A model generated the notes under the pieces. It was not told the origin of the DNA, did not search any database, and saw only the letters and a list, made by a program, of their open reading frames with translations. DNA of 64,000 bases from Candidatus Cloacimonadales bacterium (GTDB lineage Bacteria > Cloacimonadota > Cloacimonadia > Cloacimonadales > JAFGVF01). The position numbers and the translations under genes were made by a program. Location: contig OY759729.1 of assembly GCA_963662585.1 (NCBI GenBank), positions 2,272,001 through 2,336,000 of the forward strand, given 5' to 3'. Within the stretch, counting starts at the first letter, position 1, and each line of letters starts with the position of its first letter. Of the stretch, positions 51,287 through 60,068 are shown piece by piece.

Positions 51287-53397
51287 GTTTGCCCAGAATG
51301 TTATCTGAGCCGATGGACTGAAAGAAGTCCTGACACCCAACTGACAGGAAGTCAATCTGAGGTCAAGGGCGTTGCTGGCAACGGCAGGGTCTGAAGTAAG
51401 ACGCAGGAAGAATGTGGAACATAGCGAAAGTAAACTGATTTTGGTTCATGTAGTGGGTAACTCTTCGAAAAGTGAGAACGCCCAAAAGTCAGTCGATTAC
51501 ATGGATTACAACAGATGGATTTACATTCAGGCAGGATAGCTTAACTGGGGAAGCCTGTTAATGTCTCTAATAGAGTAACTATGACTACAAGCTGAAAGGC
51601 AAGAGTTGTATTAAGCATAAGCAGGTGGCAGATGATTCCGTAGTAGTGACTAACCCTTTGCCTATGAAAGCTGGTGACAGACTGGAGGATAAAACAGAGG
51701 GGACAATATTCTTAGTAATATTGGGGGATATTTTTCAAAAGGAAATATCTCATGTGAAGGGATGAAGATAAACCAAAGAATAAACATAATTAAAGAGATA
51801 TTTTCTTAAAAGTAGGAAACGAAGAGAATCGAAAGATTCAAGGCTCGGATAGACGGTGGTGAGTACCTTCTTTCTATCATGACCTTACGAGACTGAGTAG
51901 ATGAAGTTAAAAAAAGGATAATAGTCAAAACCTATAAAATCTTTGATAGATTGCTTTATGCTAAAAACTTCGAAGGTCTTCATTGAATTAACTGTCATTT
52001 GAAAGTATAATTTAAACATTGTTTATTGTGAAAAAGGAGAAACTAAATGAAAAAGTGGTACAGTTTAATTGATAAAGTTTACTCAAAAGGTAATCTCTAT
52101 GAATCTTTCCTAAAGGTAAAGAAAAATAGAGGTGCAGAAGGTATAGATAATATTACTATATCTAAGTTTGGTGAGACTCTACAAGAGAACTTAGAGCAGA
52201 TTCATTTAGAATTGAAAAGTGGGAAGTATATCCCATCACCTGTGAAACGGGTAGAGATACCTAAAGGAAATGGTAAGATGAGGCCATTAGGAATACCTAC
52301 TGTAAAAGATAGAATCGTACAGCAGGCAATAAATAACATCATCCAACCAATTTTTGAACCTGATTTTCATCCACAAAGCTATGGCTACCGTCCCAACAAA
52401 AGTTGTCAAAAGGCAGTGGCTAAAGCACATATATTAATGGTTCAGGAAGAGCTTCCTTTTGTAGTGGATATGGATTTATCAAAATGTTTTGATACATTAA
52501 ATCATAAATTCATAATGCAATCATTAAATAGGAAAATAAGTGACGGAACATTATTAAAGTTGATAGAGAAAATCTTAAAGTCTGGTGTTATGCAAGAAGG
52601 GAAGTATAGCGAAACTGAAGTAGGAAGTCCACAAGGAGGGGTAATCTCTCCACTTCTTATGAACATATATCTTGATAGTTTTGACCAAGAAATGAAAAGT
52701 CGAGGAATCGAGATAGTACGCTATGCTGATGACATTTTACTTTTTGCTAAGACTAAGAAAAAAGCAGAACAATATCAACGAATTGCGGTAGAATATCTAA
52801 ACTCAATTTATCTCATCGTAAATGAAGAAAAGACACATATTGCGAGTGTATTTAAAGGAGTCAAGTATCTTGGCTTCGAAATACATGAAGCATATGTAAA
52901 GATAGAGGATAAAAGAGTAAAAGCGTTCAAAGATAAGATTCGGTCACTGACTCCACGGAATAGCGGAATTAATGTCCAGACAATGATTAAAAGACTTAAT
53001 CCGATATTGAGAGGTTGGTCGAATTACTTTAGGGTGGCAAATTGCAAAGGAGTCTTTCAGTCTCTATTATCATGGATAAGGCGGCGACTAAGAATGAAGA
53101 AAATGCGGGAATGGAAAAGTTGGAAAGCTTTTCACCAACAACTTAGAAGAGTTGGGCATAAAAGTGATTTTCCGAAAATATCTATGACACATTGGAAGAA
53201 TTCTGGTTGTTATCATATTCATAGAGCTTTACCTAATGAATGGTTTGAGCAATTAGGGCTATATGACTTACTATCGAAACCTACAAGTGTTTTATTTAAT
53301 TATTATGAATAATTACAAGGTTTATCAGGAGCCGTGTACGAGTCCCGTACGCACGGTTCTGTGAGAGGGATGGTGCTAACGCACCACCCTACTCGAT
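51287..53397 (+). mobile_element. Group II intron, class C-like
   Basis: 5' GTTTGCCCAGAATG directly after the terminator; domain V GAGCCGTGTACG...CGTACGCACGGTTC; domain VI ending CTACTCGAT; RT ORF inside. Confidence 0.9.
52047..53312 (+). CDS. ltrA: Group II intron reverse transcriptase/maturase, no endonuclease domain
   Basis: RPLGIPTVKDRIVQ, DMDLSKCFD, GSPQGGVISPLL.NIYL, RYADD, domain X LNPILRGWSNYF. Confidence 0.95.
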   Translation: MKKWYSLIDKVYSKGNLYESFLKVKKNRGAEGIDNITISKFGETLQENLEQIHLELKSGKYIPSPVKRVEIPKGNGKMRPLGIPTVKDRIVQQAINNIIQPIFEPDFHPQSYGYRPNKSCQKAVAKAHILMVQEELPFVVDMDLSKCFDTLNHKFIMQSLNRKISDGTLLKLIEKILKSGVMQEGKYSETEVGSPQGGVISPLLMNIYLDSFDQEMKSRGIEIVRYADDILLFAKTKKKAEQYQRIAVEYLNSIYLIVNEEKTHIASVFKGVKYLGFEIHEAYVKIEDKRVKAFKDKIRSLTPRNSGINVQTMIKRLNPILRGWSNYFRVANCKGVFQSLLSWIRRRLRMKKMREWKSWKAFHQQLRRVGHKSDFPKISMTHWKNSGCYHIHRALPNEWFEQLGLYDLLSKPTSVLFNYYE

Positions 53398-53544
53398 TTT
53401 ACCTATAAAGTGACACCTGTTTTTTCCTTAAAGCGCCAGCATGATTTCCTTTTTGTCCATAAAAATAGCTATTTTTACTCTCATAAAGATAAATATATTA
53501 AACACTTAAGCTCTAACACTGTCAAAAAATAAAAGTGACGGAGG

Positions 53545-53718
53545 TCTTTCCACTTTTATGAGCTCATCCTCAATTAAGGAAATATTGGAGTCATTTGGGT
53601 GCTCTACTCTCTCCAAAATCATAAAGTATTAATTATTTGATAAATAGAAGAATTAAACCTCTTAAATTTGTGACTTCACTTTTTCCATACCAATTAGTAT
53701 GGAAAAAGTGAAGTTACA
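53545..53718 (+). repeat. 174 bp direct repeat R1, copy 1
   Basis: Matches 56479-56652 except a 7 bp block and 1 substitution; ends in a long palindrome. Confidence 0.92.
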
Positions 53719-53895
53719 ATTTCCATTACTACAATAAAACTCAACTAAAATATGAATATAATAAATACTTAAACGATGTCTCAATTATTAATCAGTTTAT
53801 TAATATTTTTAAGTAAGTAATCTACGTCTCCCTATCATTTGCTCTTTAAGACTAGTTTTCCACTCACTTTCATCATTATAGTTAAAAGTTATATC

Positions 53896-54207
53896 TCAAT
53901 AACAACGTTCAACTCTAGGTTTGCCAGTTGCTTGAATGAATGCACCTTCAATTTCACGGTTTGCAGTGTATAAAAGATAAGTGTATGTAAACTCACCATC
54001 CATCCAAAAACCTTCAGTGCCATTATTGATGGTAACTGTGAAAAAATTACTAATATTTTCATTATCCTGCCAATAAGAAGGATAATCACTTAGTTGAATA
54101 AAGAAATTAAAATCTTCCCCCATTTCTAAATCTATTGCATAAAATTTTACTGTTGTAATTTCTACAGAAAAACAATCGCCAATAAACAAACCGATTCCAC
54201 AAAACAC
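53896..54207 (-). CDS. Hypothetical protein, possibly a fragment
   Basis: 103 aa ORF just downstream of the 494 aa gene; no recognisable motif. Confidence 0.4.
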   Translation of the reverse strand: MFCGIGLFIGDCFSVEITTVKFYAIDLEMGEDFNFFIQLSDYPSYWQDNENISNFFTVTINNGTEGFWMDGEFTYTYLLYTANREIEGAFIQATGKPRVERCY

Positions 54208-54226
54208 TTAAAACAACTTTAAACAT

Positions 54227-55690
54227 TTAATCATATAATCTCCTTTTCATAATTTGCGATAAATATTGCTTGTTAATTTTTTCAATCTTATTTTCTATAA
54301 TATCCAATAAGTTAGAATCTTCTAAATCTATCGTTTCACTAATGTTTAATGAATTAATAGCTTTTATACAGTCTTTAAGTATTGAGTGATCTTTGTTCAT
54401 TTTATAGAGATCATACAATAAAATAGCTTTCATAGCTTTGAGGACAGTATAATTATAGCTAGGATTATACTTAAATTTCCAATCATTGTTGATGCCCTGT
54501 TTAAAATTTATATATCCCGATCTCGTGTAATAATAGAAGAACAGTTTTGAAAAATAAATTTCTTCTTTTATATTGGTAGCTCGAGTTGCTTTTAAAGCAT
54601 TGTCAAACAAGTTGCTAATAGTATGCGATATATTTTTTACTTGTACATACCTAACTATTTCTACATATATGCTATCTCTAGGTTCTGTAATTAAACCTTT
54701 TAGTGGGGAAATCATTGGTACTTTAAACTCTCCTTTATTATTAGTATTTCTCATAATTCTATATTCATCATATAACTGAAAATAATTTTTATAAGTAACA
54801 TCTGATTTATCCAAAGTGTATATTCTTTTACCTTCTCTAACTTTAAACGCGTTAACACTTCTAAATTTCTTGGTTCTATTCCTTGGAACCATAAAAATGT
54901 TCTTAACAATATATTGTTCATCTTCATTAGGCTCATTAGAAAAATCTGAGTGTTTGATAACAATGGTTTTAAGAGTATCTATTTCTTCAGTTTTACTATT
55001 AGTATCCATTGCAAATTGTATGCCTAAATAACGTAACCAATAATATGAAAAAAGAGCTATAGTATAATCGTCCTTTATTTCTTTTTTGAATTTAAAACTA
55101 TTATTATATGTTATATAATTGTCGTTACTAACTCTAAATTTTTCAAAATCATATAATTTATTAGGTTGTCCAATTTCATAACCTACTTTAGATTTTCTAT
55201 TTTTAGAATAATCTTCTTTGTATTTACCATAATCAACACATCCTACTACTATCCCTTCAAAATCAGCAGAACATCGTGCGTTAAATCTATTCTTATTATA
55301 TTTAAATTTTCTATACTCTCCAAGTTTGATTGCATTATCTATCCAACCTTCATGAATACTATCTTCTTCATTGTATAATTCTAGAACTTGATGAGGTTTA
55401 TGGATATAGAAGCGTTGCTTATCATAATCTTCTAGATTAATTAATACAGTATCTAAACGTACTTCATCATTAGGGTCATATAACATCATCATACACCAGG
55501 CTGACCCTAGATATGCTTCAGCCAACAAGGTTTTATCTTCGATTAAAGCTTCGAAAATACCATTTGCTTGTTCAAACTTATCTTCTCTAAAAAGTTCCCA
55601 CCCTTTTTCAAGGCTTTCTTGTGGTATAGTTTTTCCAATTAAAAAAGTGTAAAAAAGTAATAGCACGAGTCCTAACAAGGTTTTCTTCAA
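54227..55690 (-). CDS. Hypothetical exported protein with N-terminal TPR-like helices
   Basis: TTG start after AGGAGG (track start 55711); signal peptide; GWELF...AEAYLGSAWC. Confidence 0.75.
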   Translation of the reverse strand: MKKTLLGLVLLLFYTFLIGKTIPQESLEKGWELFREDKFEQANGIFEALIEDKTLLAEAYLGSAWCMMMLYDPNDEVRLDTVLINLEDYDKQRFYIHKPHQVLELYNEEDSIHEGWIDNAIKLGEYRKFKYNKNRFNARCSADFEGIVVGCVDYGKYKEDYSKNRKSKVGYEIGQPNKLYDFEKFRVSNDNYITYNNSFKFKKEIKDDYTIALFSYYWLRYLGIQFAMDTNSKTEEIDTLKTIVIKHSDFSNEPNEDEQYIVKNIFMVPRNRTKKFRSVNAFKVREGKRIYTLDKSDVTYKNYFQLYDEYRIMRNTNNKGEFKVPMISPLKGLITEPRDSIYVEIVRYVQVKNISHTISNLFDNALKATRATNIKEEIYFSKLFFYYYTRSGYINFKQGINNDWKFKYNPSYNYTVLKAMKAILLYDLYKMNKDHSILKDCIKAINSLNISETIDLEDSNLLDIIENKIEKINKQYLSQIMKRRLYD

Positions 55691-55954
55691 AGTTCCTCCT
55701 TTGCAATGCAATTATTTTTTTTATTAATACCAAATATATAACCATGCCTTATTCTTGTCAAGAAATTAATAATTTATTAACACACTTTAGTTGAGAATAA
55801 TGTGTAATAATCAAGCTACCCTCCCCTACAGTTTATCCTTAAAGATCTCGATAATATTACACATCTTCAGGTTTTATTAACAAATCTTCTTAATATCAAG
55901 TTCATGTATAAAACAATGTTCAAAGTGTATTTTGTTATCAATTGCTTATATTAA

Positions 55955-56158
55955 TCACAAAGATGTGTTAACTTTAGAGTTAATATAACCTGAATGGTAC
56001 TCATCTTTTTCGATAAGTTTGAGTAAGTTTGCCATTGAGCAAGGAGCTGATATTACCTTTTTCTTTTCACTCGATTTTGATAATCTTCTTCTACCTTGCC
56101 ACTTATAAGAATCTAAGTTAACAGGCTCAGGAGAGTAGTTCTTATTAAATAGTTTTAA
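55955..56158 (-). pseudogene. Start-less gene relic, possibly a phage portal N-terminus
   Basis: Manual translation gives LKLFNKNYSPEPVNLDSYKWQGRRRLSKSSEKKKVISAPCSMANLLKLIEKDEYHSGYINSKVNTSL*; family call is from recall only. Confidence 0.35.
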
Positions 56159-56161
56159 TAT

Positions 56162-56477
56162 TGAGATCTCGATCGCTGTCTCAAATCAACATATGCAAAC
56201 CGATGTCTCAGCTGAGACGGTGAGATATCGGTTGTTTTTTGAAGCATAAACACCCAACTAGCTACTAACATAAACACTTACAGTGAATTAGTAGCATTGC
56301 CGTACCCCCAAACAACCTTTAAAGCTGGCGGAAAAGTTGTAAATATTACCTGCAAATACTGTTAAAAAGGGAATTTTGAGACATCGGTTTAGACAGCGTG
56401 TAAATAACTAATAAATAGCACTTTATAAGAAACATCTATCGATATCTCACATGGAAAACTTGGGTGTCACTTTTTAG
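56162..56477 (+). repeat. Structured repeat R2, copy 1
   Basis: Homologous to 59042-59360 and 63087-63319; nested inverted repeats. Confidence 0.92.
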
Positions 56478-56478
56478 C

Positions 56479-56652
56479 TCTTTCCACTTTTATGAGCTCA
56501 TCCTCAATTAAGGAAATATTGGAGTCATTTGGGTGCTCTACTCTCTCCAAAATCATAAAGTATTAATTATTTGATAAATAGAAGAATTAAACCTCTTAAA
56601 TTTGTGACAGAGGGTTTTCCATACCAATTAGTATGGAAAAAGTGAAGTCACA
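56479..56652 (+). repeat. 174 bp direct repeat R1, copy 2
   Basis: Abuts R2 copy 1. Confidence 0.92.
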
Positions 56653-57285
56653 GCTTTTGATAACAACAATATCTGAAATATTAAAAGGTATACCAGCTAG
56701 ACTTCGTGATAGGTCTAGCATTAATACAAGTTTTCGAGAAAAAACAAATTTACTACAACAAGGACATTAAACTCACTTTTTGAGAAGTGTTTAAAGTCTT
56801 TCCAATTTATGAAGTTAGATTTAGGCATACTCTAAGAATATATACTAAGAATTTTTAACAAGTCGAGTTGGATGCATATACAACAATAAAATGATGTTTT
56901 ATGATAAACGGTAATTTTTTATTTTGTAATGTTATAATCAAGAAAGAGGACTACATATGGATATTTCTTATGCCAGCACAAAAAACATTATAAAATAATT
57001 GACAAAAAAATATTAGTCTAACATATTTAATTTAGGTGTTATATTGAATAGTGTGTTTATTTTATATAATTATTGAATTTAAAAGTATAAGGTGTTTTTT
57101 TTCTAAATTCAATCTATTCGCTTCAAATTAATGAATTGAGAGAATATTAAACGGTCTATTAGTAATACAAATATATTTTGAATATATTAAGCTGTAATAT
57201 TTATTTACAGTAATACACATCAAAATTAGCAAAGGTTGTTAATGTTAATTATAGTGAATACTATTGTACTTAAAAAGGAGAGCTA

Positions 57286-58710
57286 ATGAATTATAAAAGA
57301 ATGTTATTTATTGTTGTGTACATTTATTTTAGTTGCTTAATGTCTATTGAAATAGAAATCCCCAGATTACCTGGATCTCTTGATATTGCGGATATAGATT
57401 TAGATGGAGATTTAGATATTGTTGTAGGACATAAGACAGCATGGAGCGAGGATTATACTACAATTAGTATTATAGAAAACATTAATTATTGTGATGATAT
57501 AGTAGTACAAGATACTACATTAGTTTTTTGTGGTTATCAGCATAACATGCATTTAGCAAAGATGAATAGTGATGAGTATATGGACATAGTGTGTTTCTAT
57601 GCAGATTTATCAAGTGGAACGACAGAAAGATATATAAGAGTTTTATATAATTCAAATGGAAGTTTTGATGAGAATATAGATTTCCCAATAGAAGGAAGCT
57701 ATACATATCATGATATGGAGAAAGGTAATTTCAACAATGACGAATATGATGATATAGTTTTTATGTCCAATACTTCCAGATTAATTGGAATAATGACAAC
57801 GAACGGTGAATACTCATTTAATGAAGTAGAGTATTTCGATTTAGGCATGCCACCTCAATCACTGCAAAGTGGAAATATCATGGGTGATGAAAGAGATGAA
57901 ATCCTAGTACCCTCTAGTGAAATAATGATTTTTAGCAATACTGAACAAGGCTGGACTATAACAGTAGTGGATAGTCTTAATGGTGCCTCAGACGCTGCAA
58001 TTTACGATATGGATGGTGATGGAGATAATGAAGTATTGACATATTGGGTATCGCCTTTGGGTAACACCTTCATTCTAAGAATATATGAAAGAGAAAATGA
58101 ATCTTTTGTTAATGTTTTAGAAAACTATTATTACTTCCCGAGTGGGTTAAAAGTTTTTGATTACAATAATGATGGGTTACCTGACATTATGTTGGATAAG
58201 TACCTCTTAACTAATTTTGGTAATTATGAATTTAGTGAACCTGTAGATATAAATACTCATGTTGATTACAGAGGGGATTTTTATGATATGGATAATAATG
58301 GATATCTAGATATCGTTCAGTGCTATCAAAACTCTGAAGTAAATAGAGGGTATTTAAGAATTATGTTTAATGATGGGGAAGGCAATTTTGTTCCTGAACC
58401 GGCAGTCGAAAATGTAGATGATGAAGTGGTGTTTAGTGGTAATAACTTAAGTAATTATCCAAATCCATTCAATCCAGAAACTACGATTAGTTTTAATAAT
58501 CCAAAGAATAGCATGGTTAACCTAGCGATATATAACATTAAAGGTCAATTAGTAAAAACACTTGTTAATGAAGAACTTATGGCTGGTGTTCATAGTATCG
58601 TTTGGAAGGGAAAAAATAATTATGGACAATCTGTTGCTTCTGGAGTTTATTTCACTAGAATTAAGACACTTCATTCTATAGTAACTAAGAAAATGGTCCT
58701 AATGAAATAG
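57286..58710 (+). CDS. Secreted FG-GAP/VCBS repeat protein with FlgD/T9SS-like CTD
   Basis: DIDLDGDLDI, DMDGDGD, DYNNDGLPD, DMDNNGYLD; NYPNPFNPETTI tail. Confidence 0.88.
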   Translation: MNYKRMLFIVVYIYFSCLMSIEIEIPRLPGSLDIADIDLDGDLDIVVGHKTAWSEDYTTISIIENINYCDDIVVQDTTLVFCGYQHNMHLAKMNSDEYMDIVCFYADLSSGTTERYIRVLYNSNGSFDENIDFPIEGSYTYHDMEKGNFNNDEYDDIVFMSNTSRLIGIMTTNGEYSFNEVEYFDLGMPPQSLQSGNIMGDERDEILVPSSEIMIFSNTEQGWTITVVDSLNGASDAAIYDMDGDGDNEVLTYWVSPLGNTFILRIYERENESFVNVLENYYYFPSGLKVFDYNNDGLPDIMLDKYLLTNFGNYEFSEPVDINTHVDYRGDFYDMDNNGYLDIVQCYQNSEVNRGYLRIMFNDGEGNFVPEPAVENVDDEVVFSGNNLSNYPNPFNPETTISFNNPKNSMVNLAIYNIKGQLVKTLVNEELMAGVHSIVWKGKNNYGQSVASGVYFTRIKTLHSIVTKKMVLMK

Positions 58711-59041
58711 AAAAGTAATTAGTAATAGAAGATAAGAAAAAGAAAGGCTTGTTAAAAGGCAAGAGTAACAAAAAAGTACATTTTATAATAGTTTCAACGA
58801 GTTCAAAATTCTTTTTGTATAAATCATTATCATTTCCTGATCTTTATAGTAATGATGATATTTTTAAGATTGATTACAAAATTACTAAAGGAAAACTAGT
58901 TTTTAAAAACCTTTATAAATGGCAGAAACTTATTTAACTGTCTTCATCAATCTTTAACTCTTACAAACATAATTGTAGATTACCTGAGAATATTAACGAT
59001 CTAGTTTTCTTCACCTAAACAAGATTTTGCATAATAATAAC

Positions 59042-59360
59042 TGAGATCTCGTTCGTTGTCTCAAATCAGCATGTACAAACCGATGTCTCAGGTGAGACGG
59101 CGAGATCTCGGTGGCTTTTTTCGAATCCCAAACCCACAACTAGCTACTAAGATAAAGACATACAGTAGAATAGCATCATGACTATGTCCCCAAATAACCT
59201 TTAAAACTAGCAGAGAAATTGTAAAAAATACCTGCAAAAGCTGTTAAATAGGAAATTTTGAGACATCGATTGATATGGCGAGTAAAAAACTAATTAAGTA
59301 GCACTTTATAAAATCTAACTATCGATATCTCACATGGAAAATTTGGCTGTCACTTTTTAG
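59042..59360 (+). repeat. Structured repeat R2, copy 2
   Basis: Colinear with copy 1 end to end. Confidence 0.92.
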
Positions 59361-59830
59361 TTAGAAGGACTTCAAGAGTTAGAGAAGGTTCTACCGGACA
59401 AAGAGCGAAAGGTTATCATTTACTTAATATTGCATCACTAACAGATAAGGGTAAGAATTATTCAATACTCCCAATATGCAGTCAATTATATAGTAATATT
59501 ATAAAAGAAGATACTTCTAAAATATACTTGAAGATAGAATTATAGATATTACTATTCACAGTAATAATAAAGGTATTTTTGTGTTTGATAGAGTTTATGA
59601 TAGCAGTAAGTTAATAACTTAACTTTCAAATAATGAAAACAAAGATATAATTAGAAGTCAGGGATAACAATGGATTAACTAAAAAAGCTTCTTTTAATAT
59701 TACTACTGGAAAGAAAAATCTAGAACTAAATTGGGATGAAATGGAAGTTTGTGAAGATAAAAGAGTAAGTTCTTTTAAAAGTAAATCTACCCATGAACCT
59801 ACAGATTGTGTTATTTATAGAAATAGCTAA

Positions 59831-59896
59831 AATTCTGAAACTCCTCCTACTCAAGCTAGTCTTATGGCCTACCCCAATCCTTTTTTAGATAATTAG
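59831..59896 (+). pseudogene. Relic of a CTD-bearing secreted-protein gene
   Basis: Translates as NSETPPTQASLMAYPNPFLDN*; preceded by broken coding-like sequence. Confidence 0.45.
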
Positions 59897-60068
59897 AATC
59901 CCTTTCTTAATGCTAGAATATCTGTAAAATATTGGATACTTATATATATACTAAAAATCAAATGTAAATAAGTCCTCTATGTTTACAATAAATATAAACT
60001 AATTGGAACATAAAATGCATGATAGTAAATTACTTTGATTTTATAAAAAAACTAAATGGAGGACCATT

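Noticed and set aside
52047..53312. RT as part of a DGR, retron or defence system
   Set aside because: It has YADD, domain X and flanking intron domains V/VI. I found no TR/VR pair with adenine-specific differences.
56255..56290. dif/XerCD site inside R2 (TTATGTTAGTA on the minus strand)
   Set aside because: Resembles a XerD arm, but the spacing to a TAA-ending arm is 4 rather than 6 bp and copies 2 and 3 diverge.
58749..58937. 62 aa ORF after the FG-GAP gene
   Set aside because: Weak TTG start and no motif; at most a fragment.
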